A DNA stretch of 63,513 nt, filler included, from Intoshia linei (taxonomy: Eukaryota > Animalia > Orthonectida): the NCBI GenBank assembly GCA_001642005.1. It is 4 parts of 4 records of this genome, joined end to end, with 100 filler letters (N's around TTAATTAATTAA, not from the genome) between each part and the next. Parts side by side here need not be neighbours in the genome. Positions count along the whole stretch, not along the records: positions 38,362 to 63,513 come from LWCA01000500.1; 3 more parts are not named here. One strand, 5' to 3'. Shown here piece by piece: positions 53,205 through 63,513 of this stretch (its first letter is position 1; each line of letters starts with the position of its first letter). Position numbers and translations under genes: made by a program. The notes beneath the pieces are model-generated. The model searched no databases. It worked only from the letters and a program-made list of their open reading frames with translations, and had not been told where the DNA came from.

Positions 53205-56200
53205 TTAAAAAAATAAATCGTTAGTTGTGTTTAAAGAATTAATAATCGAGATTAAAGAAGTATGTATAACTTTATGATTATCTGGAACAGAAGATTTTAT
53301 ACACATCTAGAATAAATTTAATCAGTATAATTAGTAATTATAATTACCTGTGCATCTTTAGATAGAGTTAATTCAATCAAATACACAATCTCCTGTATTT
53401 TTAGCGAATAATAAGTTTTGGTAAGATTGTCTATAGTTTTTGCGGCAATCATAAAGACATTGTTTATTTTAAACACTTCTGTAATTTTATCTAAAAAAGG
53501 CATAAATACAGATTAACAACAAAATAAACCAATTTCAACATTTGGTACATCGTAATAATTTTCATTAAACGAGGGTAGATCCTTCCACAGAGTCAAAAAA
53601 TCAAATTTAGACATTTCAACGTGAGAAGTAAATAAACAATGAACTGAAATATTGGATGTAAAATAATAAATTTTCCCAACATTATTTTTCACTGCAATCT
53701 AAACAATGAAAAATGCATAAATAAAGTACATACTTGTAACAAATCAATCGGGTCGACTTTTAATTTCTGAGTTGTAATAGAATCTGAAAGTTTTAAAAAT
53801 AATACAGATTCACTGTTTGGAGAAATTTCAATACTAATTTGTTTTTCTGGACTTAAACCGAATCTAAAAATAAAAAATAGCATTTCACACAATGATTTAA
53901 ATTAAATTAAATTGTAATTTAAAAATACGTGTTTTTGTTAAATTGAATGGCAAAACTATTTAGCGGTGATGAAGTTTGGTTTTTTATAATTAGCTTCATA
54001 GTGGGTTCACTATTATGAATAAGATAACTGGCATGTATAGACATTGAATCACCCTTGATAGAATCCAAAATTTCCTTTTCAAAGTATTAATACATTTAAA
54101 AAAATTCATACCACAGATTCCGATTCAAATGCATTTTGTTTACTTTGATTCGTTTGTGCATTATCGGTCTTTAAATCTGAAAATAGATCCAACAAATCGT
54201 CCTAATTTAAAATCAAATAATCTTCAAAATTTTATTCTCGTACATACGGCGTTGCAACCTTTTTACCCAAAGAAAGTGGTTTTTAAAGCAAGAAAAAATA
54301 TTTTTGAGTTTAGATTTTCAATTTTTTAAACACTCAATCAAAATGACGGCCCAATTCACAAAAATTTCATAGGGCAGTAGGTTATGCTCTACCGCGCACA
54401 AATTAACATAAAGTATTAATCAATTACAATTTTATTATTTTCAATTTTTTCAGTTGAAGATGAATTTTTTTCTTCAGATTTTAACCAATCAGATACAACA
54501 TTAACAGAGTCGTCATTAAATCCAAGCAAATCGATTTCAGGTTCCTGAATTACTGTGGGTTTTTCGTTGGTTGTTTTCAAAGGTTCATCAATTGTCGTAG
54601 TCTTCGACGCTGTTAATTTTTCTACTGAAGCATCAATAAAGGACCTTGGAGATTTATACAAAATGGAAGCAAGGGAAGACAAATCATCTATCAATTCATC
54701 TAATAAGGTCTTATCAAGGATATCAACTTCAGCAGATATTAAAGGTCTCTCTGCCAAAATAACATCTCTGGCAGCGTTTGCATCCGTAGACAAAAGTCGC
54801 CAATAAATGTAACCTCGATCACGCAAATCTGCATTATCAGTTTCTTGAGTAGCCAAATGTAAAATCTGTTGAACCAATTCTTGATTTTCTTGGGGTATTC
54901 TTAGAAAAAGTTTAACACACGCCGTCAAAATTTGTAACTGGACCTGAGTAGTCTCATCCTTAAAACTACTAACAAAAACCTCCAACAATTCTCCAACATT
55001 GTCAATTCTATGTGCATATTCACCCAATATCCATATCAAAGAAGCTCTAGCTTCAGGTTCATCTAAAGAATTTAAATTATCGCAGAGAATAGCAATAATA
55101 TTTTCATATTTATTAGGATAACGTCGAAAAATATCCTTAATGACAATTATAGCTTCTTGAGTAACATAATTAACTTTAGTAAGTATCAATTGCTGTAAAG
55201 TAGCTACACACTGATCGGCAGTTTTTTCAACTTTAATAGCGCACAAGCCTATGGACCTCACAGCTTTTCTAACGAAATCAACGTCAATTTCCGATGCATA
55301 TTGTTTCAATTCTTCCAAAACGTTTGAAATATTCGAAGCATTTGTAAGGCGAATCATTATATCTAGTTTCTCTAGTTTTATGTAAATAGGGTCGTTATAT
55401 TTAACATAAAATACTCGCATTTCATTTTCCAAAATTGAAGGTATTTTTTGAACAATTATATTAATATTTCTCAATACACAGAATTGTATTTCGGGTTCAC
55501 TTGATAAAAGTGTTATCAATGGAGGTGCCAATTTCTTGTACATACTGCTGACAAATTGACCCCCTGCAGGGTACAATGTGAGGGCTTTCATAATAACTTT
55601 AACAGACGAACACACTATAGCAGAATTTGCATGTGACAATCTAGCACTAATCCTTTCACACAACCCCTTTGCTTCAACAGCGTTTTGGACTCTGTATTTC
55701 GATATTGCATCAATGATAAATATTTGTCCCCATTCTGAACATTCGTGTAAAGTTGTCAGTAACTTGTTGACCATTTTAAAATCAATTTTAAACATGTCTC
55801 GAGCTTTCTGGCTGGTCATGCAAATTTCATTCATGGATGCTACAGCATTAGATATTACCATTGGATTAGAATCGCTTATTAGCTCATATAATAATTCTAA
55901 AAAGCCGTGATTTTCTACTAAATCAGCTTTTATAGAATATAATTTAGCTACGCATATTGCTGCAGTTTTTCTAACATAAGGGTCAGAATCACTGAGACAA
56001 TTCCTCAAAGGATCACATAAATATTCTGTTATTCGGTTTACTCTAATACATCCCATCGTTCTAACAGCCAATGCACGAATAAAGGGGTTTGGATCATCGC
56101 AGTCCTAAATAAAATTAAAAATTTATTATATTAACAAAAAATAAATACCTTCGTGAAAGTATTCACAGCCATAATTGCCAAATCAGGTTGTGCTTTAGCA

Positions 56201-58659
56201 TAATTCATCAAATAAAGGTAAACTAGTTTTTTAAGTTCCAATACATCAGATTGCATACAATTTACGACATTGGGAAATAATACACTATATTAAAATTATT
56301 TACAAAACATACATAATCATTCTCACATAATTTCATAATTTCGATGCCTCAGAAATTAAAAATAAGCTTCTAATAATTTCACCAAAACGATGGGAATGTC
56401 ATATATCTCTTGCCATCTTTTTGCAGGGTTGGACAAGACACTTTAAATTTGACATACAAAATAATCATAATATTCAAAAATTTAATTATTTTAAATGCTC
56501 AGTTATTGTAAAAAATAAGGCTCCATTTTACAAAAATTTCGTCGAGGTTATAAAGAGGGATCTCGGTATTGTAGGCTCAGCTATACAAAGCAAATTTTGC
56601 ATAAGCGTAACAGACTTCAATGTAAAAATATAATTTAGGGATAGATCTAGTAACAAAATTTAATTTCTTTCTCTGAGTTATCAACCCTCGACATGGCTGA
56701 TAATAAAATAATAAACCATTTTTCTCAATGTTCAATAAGTAGAAAATATTTTATAAATAAATATATACAAATTATTTTATAAAAAAAAGGTTTATTTTAA
56801 TTTTCACAACAATTGGACAACCTACCCAGTCGAACCTGATGTTAGTTCTAAAATTTTGTTTTGTAACAATCACCTGTTGGGTTATACAAATAAAATGTGA
56901 TCCAATTTTTACTACCTCATTTCAGATCTAAAACTACCGTACCCAGATCCCTCTTTGGTCTACGCATCGGTTCTTAACCTGGGTGTTGGCACCCAGGGGT
57001 GTAATATGGGATCGTGGTAACTATATGAAATTACGCACCGTTAGTTAAATATTTATTAGGGAGTCACTAATAGGGACCTATTTTTTTATTTTGGGCCTGA
57101 ACAAAATTGGCTCAGCTTGGCCCCATTCGAACACCCTTAGTTTTTTTTATTTAAAATCATATTTTTATATACAAATTATATCATTATCTCAACAAATAAA
57201 TCACATAAGGCAGGGAAAAGACTAAGAATGTTCATTTAAAAAATTAACAGTCCTAAAATTTAAAATCACCCAATTTCTAATATAATTTTCACAAATTGGG
57301 TCTTTCAGGAACAAAAATACAATTCCCCTTTTTTTAAATATAAAATCAAAATCAAACCTAAAATTTTAAAAATCATAAATTCTAGAATGTGTTTTAAAAT
57401 CATATATATTGTAGTAAATCTCAGCATTAGAAACTTGCAGTTTTATGGTCAAACCCCAAATTACCCTTTTTTTAAAAATAAAATTTACCCTAAAATTATA
57501 ACAAACATAAATTCTAGAACGTTTTTAAAAAGGATATATATTGTCGTAAATCTCAGCCTGTGACTCATAGCTTCATGGTCAAACCCCAAATTACCTTCTT
57601 TTTTTAATATTCAAAAAAAGTCCTAAAATTTAATAAAACATAAATTCTAGGTTTATGTTTAAAATCACACGCATTATCATAAAGCGAAACTTCAAAAAAG
57701 GCAATTTTCACAATTAAAACCCCAAATTACCTTATTTATAAAAAATAAAAATTTTCCTAGAATTTAAAAAAAACAGCTGTTACAGATATCTAGTTAATAT
57801 ACACAAAACAATTCAATCTCACAGAGACGCCTTTACGGTCAAAAACCCATTTTGGTAATCATTTTTTTTAGTTCTTAACTATTTTATTAAAACAAAAAAT
57901 ATTCAATTTTTAGTCGAGAATATAAAAAAAAATTATTCTGATACAGCTTATTCCAGTTGATCTAGATACAAAATTTTAACCTCAGAAATCTATGAATTCC
58001 CGGTTTAAAACTTTTAATATATTATCAACCAATATTTATCATATTTTGAATTTAAAAATAAGTGGAAAAAACTGATATTTCTTAGTTTTAGCTAATTATG
58101 AAAGGCCCTCGGGCTGCTGCCAGTTTAGTAATATTGTTTTAAGATATTTTAAAATAATTGTTTCATTTGTGAGGGGCGTAGATGATAAAATTAAATGTTT
58201 TTAATTTATTGGTAACCCAGTTCCATCTTGGCATGACACTGATTCACTGGTACCTTTGAAAAGGATAATGTTAAGATCAATATTACTAATATTAATAACT
58301 AACTTATAAATTCCTCATAATAAAAAACGTAAAATAAAAACTTGCAAAATTGCAATAAAAATTGCACAACAAAAAAATTTGTCCAAACGGTTATATAGTG
58401 TGAAAAAGTTGTTGGTAATGACTATTTTTAAAACTAGTTTCAAATGAGATTAATTAATTAATGAATTGAAATTTAAATACCTAACGTCCTTTCCTGTAGT
58501 CATATTAGCAATGACTTTTTTTATAGCCTCTTTACGTTTTTCCTTTTTATCTGATGCTAGATCGCCCTTCAAATCATGAATTTCACCTTAAATTCAATAT
58601 TCAACCAATAAAATTAATTTACCTTTTTTAGTTGTACTAAAATATTTTCCATCAGACAT
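53205..58659 (-). CDS. AP2B1: Beta-adaptin (shared AP-1/AP-2 beta subunit), multi-exon
   Basis: Exons [13 protein letters not shown] (58659-58623), EIHDLKGDL...[13 protein letters not shown] (58586-58481), [11 protein letters not shown]...[15 protein letters not shown] (56285-56149), a large trunk exon from 56105 containing the 551-aa ORF, then appendage exons ([19 protein letters not shown]). Stop at 53207-53205. Confidence 0.97.
57235..58050 (+). repeat. Helitron-family internal region with about four tandem units of about 130 bp, in a beta-adaptin intron
   Basis: The unit aaatctcagc...tggtcaaaccccaaattaccc(t)n...aacataaattctag is repeated. The downstream part matches 11545-11670 and 62520-62670. 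Confidence 0.7.
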
Positions 58660-59118
58660 TTATTTCAAAAAACAAATATTACTTTATATTAATCTATAAA
58701 TTCGTTATCAAGGAAAACGCAAAGTTTATTTAAAAATCAATACAAATTTTTGAAATAAATTGTACTATATGACTACAATATTTTCGACATTATCATTGTA
58801 ACAATTTGGAGATTATAAAATTGAGAAATTACAATAAAACTAAAAATGATTATGTTGCTTCAAACCATTTTATTTCGTGAATTAAGTTTGGATTTTATTT
58901 AATTTTTTAATTCAGAATCATACATATGTACTTTAAATAATTAATTTACATGTTTAAATTCCTTAAGTTGAATTCATTCATCAATATAAAAATAAATTTA
59001 TAAACTTTTGTTTTTGTAAAAATTGCTAATTAATTTTAAAATAAACAAAGTTTATACTATATAGGCGGTAAATTTTGACAGGAATAGGGAAATTTAAATT
59101 TATGAAAAATTTACATTC

Positions 59119-61314
59119 ATGACAAATGTATTTGTTTTACGTGAAAATTTGAAAGGTAAATTGTTTATTTTTTTGTCATTTTTTAGTAGAAAAAAAATTA
59201 GATTTTTCAAAATGTATATCTTCGTTATCAAAAATAAATCAAGAACTATTTATAGAATTTACACCTGAAACTGTACTTGCATATTTTATATTTTTCATTA
59301 ATTATATTTTGTATTATTCATTATTTAGTTTCATTTGCGTACTATAAGTGAATCAAAATTAGGATATTGTTCATTTAATTTTTCTAAAAATTTTTTTTCC
59401 GAATATGAATGCACATGTCCAATCAATTTAAAATTAAATATTAAAATTGTTAATACAATTTTTCGAAATTCTAGTTATAGTGGTAATGATGTTTGTTGCA
59501 ATTTTCAATTGGATACATTTGATTCAAATTTAATGATTTGTTTTGATTTTCCTAGTAAAGGTTATTTTGATATCTTAAGTTTTTTATTTTTATACATTTT
59601 TTAGGGTTTACAAAACGTTACAAATTGGTATATACTGAAACCAATACCATTAAGGCTAATTTTAATAAGAATGAATCTTTTTTATTATTTATTGTTAATG
59701 CAAAGTATTTTTGTTGTTTGTGTTTTTTATTTCAATTTAGAATGTTTTTGGAAACTTTTCTACACGTTAACAAAAATGATAAACAAATTTTAATACAAAT
59801 GACTCAGAATAGTTTTATACTCAAAAATTATTTTAATCGAGGTTTTTTAATTGGTTGTTTTTACTATTTTATTTAGATTTGATTAAAAATGTTCGTTCTG
59901 TGGCAATTTTAAAAAAAGATAAATTCGATTATTTTAATTCGGATAAATCTATTAATTTAACTTGTTATTTACGTGAAATTAAAGTAATTTATTATTTATT
60001 AATTTTATATGATATATGCAGAGATTCTCAATTTAGTCCGTCATTGTGAAGACTTGGTTCTTTGTATAACTATTTAAAAAAAATTTTGATTATTAAAGAA
60101 AAATATAGTAATCTAAAACCCTTGTAATTTTTTGACTAAAAATTACCCTAAATTATCTAAAAATGACTGATACAACTTACAATCATTTAATTATTGTATG
60201 CGTTATATTTTATGCTATTTTTAGAGTGTAATCTTATTAGCTAATAATTTAAATACGTTTATTCATGGATATTGTGAAAAACCTAGCAGGTTTAACATTT
60301 TTGTTATATACTCAAGTTTAGTCCCTTAATTTTATTCTTTGAAGAGATGCATTACAGTCTAGATTTGGTAATCATTTTTTTATTACATATTGTATATTTG
60401 GGTAATTTCATCGAAACACCAGAATCTTTAAGATCAAAGATTTACAGTACATTAAAAAAATGGAAATACTAAAATGCATTATAAATCTTATACCAAATAA
60501 TATATTCAGTTATTTCACTCATATGTACAATAATGGTCCATGTTTTTGGTTAAATATATAAGAATTATTACATTGCCACTTTTCAAATTCATTTTTAGGG
60601 TTTATTTAAAATAACATTTAAAACTTTGGTGAATTTTATTTTCCCCTTATATTAATTAATGTAAATAAACGCTTTTAAAGTGATGCTGATTAAATTGATG
60701 TGATACAAATATAAAATAAATATTCCTGTGTTGCTTTAATATTGTTAATTTTAAAGGTAGTCTCAACTGGAAATTGTTTAAAAGAAGATGTAGAAATATC
60801 AATAGAACAGGAATGGTTAGAATTATTATTTGAAAACCATACATCATGATTTATTATGCACAAGGGATGGTAACCATTGTATTTTTTCTTTTGCATTGTG
60901 TTGCATGTATTTTTCCATTAACTTTTGCTTTTCCATAAAAGAAATATTTTATTTTTTATAAACGCATCACATGCCTCCATTCAATTAATTTTAATAAATA
61001 TTACATAAATTACCGTAATGTGTGTAATTCAATAATTATTGGCGAAAATGACGTTTGTCTGAATTAGATAAAAAAATGAAAAATTATTATTTATATTCCA
61101 TTTCTAGTTTCAACGAAGAACTCAATTCAACATTTTCGGTTATTTTATCAAATGATATAATAATTCTTTCATTTAGGACGATGTTGAAATTAAAGAACCT
61201 CAACCTAAAAAAAGCAAAAATATTTTTGAATCTATATTTTCTGACGATTCACTATCATCTCAAGAAAATATGAATGACACTAAAAATTTTCAATATTACA
61301 TAGATTCTGAATAA
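59119..61314 (+). CDS. RAD9: Cell-cycle checkpoint clamp (9-1-1) subunit Rad9, about 11 exons
   Basis: MTNVFVLRENLK..FSKCISSLSKINQELFIEF | FHLRTISESKLGYCSFNFSKNFFSEY | GFTKRYKL | INLTCYLREIK | SVILLANNLNTFIHGYCEKPS | PLILF..LDL | VVST (60757-60815) | FNEELNSTFS (61108-61138) | DDVEIKEPQPKKSKNIF...YYIDSE* (61177-61314). This parallels Rad9, including the PxPKK motif and the terminal DSE tail. Confidence 0.87.
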
Positions 61315-61538
61315 GTTCTGTAAGATTAATAATAAAATTACCTATTAAAATTTTTAGTTTTTTCCATAATTTATTCATACCAATTACTGTATCAAAAGTA
61401 ACAAACCGATTTGAACTATTGAATATAAAATACACAATTTTTATTATTTATTTTATTCCATATTGGCTCGTTACAGTATAAAATTATACAATTAACATTT
61501 ATTATAATACAGGTCATGAACCTACACGTTTAATAAGA

Positions 61539-62140
61539 TTAATATTGACATTTGCGAAAGTCGTTTACTTTTAAATTGATAGGTTCGGTATTTGGTATTT
61601 TCGAATAAAGGTTGAAACTAGAATTTGATGAATTATATTTTTTTTGGTTCGGTATGAAGGAATCGATTTGACAATTTGTACTAATGGATTGTTTATCTTT
61701 AAGTACAATTTTATCGACAAAATAGTTATTTGGAATTTTTTTAAAATTATTCTTATTTTCATGTTTAAATATTTTTGCATAGAGATCATCCACGCTTGGT
61801 TTAAAGGGTTCAATGAAATTTTCATTTTTTTGTGTTGTTTTAGATTTAGTTTTTCTGAAATTAATTTTTATATTTTTTCAATGCATTACAATAAAAGTTA
61901 CCTTTTCATGGTATTAGAATCAGCCGTACTTGTACTGTCGTCGGAAACGACATAATTATTCATCCATATTGGGTTTATTCTAAGTTTAAAATATATTTCA
62001 TTATTTATATTTATACCTATCAATCTTTCTAGAATTTTGAATATGTAATGTGCTCAGGTTTGATATGCTTGCATCTAAAAGTTATATAATCATATTTTTT
62101 ATCCAAACCGTATGCTACAGATTCCGCTGCGTGTAATTTT
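61539..62140 (-). CDS. Exons of an unidentified minus-strand gene converging on Rad9 (boundaries uncertain)
   Basis: Open exon-like segments with GT/AG borders: LKEKLHAAESVAY, ASISNLSTLHIQNSRKID, INPIWMNNYVSDDSTSTADSNTMK, and ORF 61793-61539. No family recognised. Confidence 0.45.
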
Positions 62141-62193
62141 TCTTTTAATCTAATTTTTTTATTAATATTTTAATGTGTTGAATCATAATAATA

Positions 62194-62680
62194 TCCCAAC
62201 CTATATAAAACTCTTTGTTTGTCTCTGTGCTCTTTATTTCAATAACTAAGAGTCCTTTAAACAATTTTAACAAACACAAATTCCAAGGGAGATTTTTCCG
62301 GTGGAGAAAGTAAGATAAATTTATATCTTCCCGGTCAAAAACCCCAATTATCCTTTTTTTATATCCTAGATTCTAGGACCTAAAATTTGAAAAAATATAT
62401 ACTCCCATGCAGATTTTAAAACCATGAACATTATCATAAATTATAATTCAAAAAGTTAAAACTTCAGGTCAAAATCCCAAATTACCCTTTTTTAAAAAAA
62501 AGAAAATAGTCCTATAATTAAAAAAATAATACAATTCATACTGTTATTTACGCTGTGAATACACACAAAAAATTTTAATCTCACAAGTGTTTAATCTCTA
62601 GTGACGTCTTCGTGATCAAAACAGGACTTTAGTATTCATTTTTTGTATTGGGTAACTATTTTATTAAAACACAATTTTAA
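62194..62680 (+). mobile_element. Helitron-like family 5' portion, cut by the adjacent Tc1 insertion
   Basis: A|TCCCAACCTATATAAAACTCTTTGTTTGTCT start, followed by the family's internal repeat units. Confidence 0.6.
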
Positions 62681-62687
62681 ATGATTA

Positions 62688-63513
62688 CACTGCGTTCCAA
62701 GTTATTATGCAAACATTAATAATTTAAAAAGTAGTTACTTAATTCTATTAATTTTTTTATTATATTTATATATTCAACTAATAATACTTTAACGTCCCAA
62801 GAAAAATGTAATGTATTCCAAAAAAAAGAATACACAAAGATTTAAGAAAATTTTGTTATTTTTGGTGTGCCAAATTATTATGCAAATTAATATTAAACAA
62901 TAATTTTAATGTTAATACGAATAAATAAATATTTTTAAATATTTAAATAATATAATCCATTGTATTTTAAACCAAATGTAAATGTAATTAAAGTTTACAT
63001 ATTATTATACCCTCCTTTCCGGGATATTACTTGAAAAAGTCGTTGATCCATGGATTTCGTGAGGTTTTCAATTGTTTTTGCATCGATTTTTTTGATTTCT
63101 GTAAAAATTGCATGCCATAGATCGTTTTTTGATTGGTATTATTTATTCCCACTGTATATCTTTCTTTTAATTATGGACCATAGATTTTCAATACAATTCG
63201 ATCGGGAGAATTTGGCAGCCAACACATTATTTTTTCTGATCCATAGCCATTTAATGAAAGATATTCTTTTGTATGACGGGATGCGTGACTTGGGGCATAA
63301 TCATGCATAAAAATGAAATTTTTAAGAAAGCTTTTTCCTCTTTTTTTATCCACGAAAAATCGTTATTTTTTAAAAACGCGCAGTATGTTTCAGAATTAAT
63401 TTTGACTCAATCATCTAACTTAAAAAGTCGTATAATAGTGTCTTTCACAATGCCTGCCTAAATCATTATACTCCCACCCCTTTATGCCGCCTTAAACGGT
63501 TTGGTGGTGATCT
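62688..63513 (-). mobile_element. Tc1-like DNA transposon of DD37E (TRT-like) type, decayed; runs off the window end
   Basis: TA|CACTGCGTTCCAAGTTATTATGCAA terminus with an inner repeat ccaaattattatgcaaa at about 62870. Broken transposase RLRRHKG/GSIMI*AGI...VKINSETYCAFL...FIFMHDYAPSHAS...WLPNSPD(x)NCIENLWSIIKRKIY. Confidence 0.93.

Noticed and set aside
54555-55910. Plus-strand ORFs 54555-54806 and 55578-55910
   Set aside because: Antisense shadows of the beta-adaptin exon.
60368-60401. Apparent non-canonical GT-GG intron and a tail-less Rad9
   Set aside because: A canonical path (60367->60757-60815->61108-61138->61177-61314) restores the Rad9 fold end and the PxPKK...DSE tail.

Overview
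This is very AT-rich eukaryotic (animal) genomic DNA, not prokaryotic. Genes are split by many tiny GT-AG introns (about 30-45 nt) plus a few kb-long introns packed with transposons. That architecture is reminiscent of a reduced parasite genome such as the orthonectid Intoshia, but this is inference only. The window consists of four contigs joined by artificial 100-nt linkers (44 N + TTAATTAATTAA + 44 N), and genes are cut at these joins. Spliced genes reconstructed by hand: a divergent APH-1 (gamma-secretase), an Lbc-type RhoGEF (C1-like/DH/PH), the last exon of an SLC22 transporter, the 5' part of a choline transporter-like SLC44, the 5' part of an AHR/spineless bHLH-PAS gene, the 3' part of mitochondrial prolyl-tRNA synthetase, exocyst Sec15/EXOC6, a 4-EF-hand calmodulin-like gene, beta-adaptin (AP-1/AP-2), Rad9, and an unidentified minus-strand gene. 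Mobile DNA includes a non-autonomous Helitron-like family, many hAT MITEs with 8-bp TSDs, pogo-like MITEs, CR1/L2-type LINE remnants, a Ty3/gypsy remnant and a DD37E Tc1-like transposon. I see no CRISPR array, rRNA, convincing tRNA, or clearly new biological system. The most unusual observations are (i) a duplicated tail-to-tail junction that appears to have separated the overlapping 3' ends of the calmodulin-like and beta-adaptin genes, (ii) an exon/intron-structured gene fragment sitting inside a Helitron copy, and (iii) antisense coding-like exons interleaved with the 3' end of Rad9. Exon boundaries were read by eye and some are approximate.
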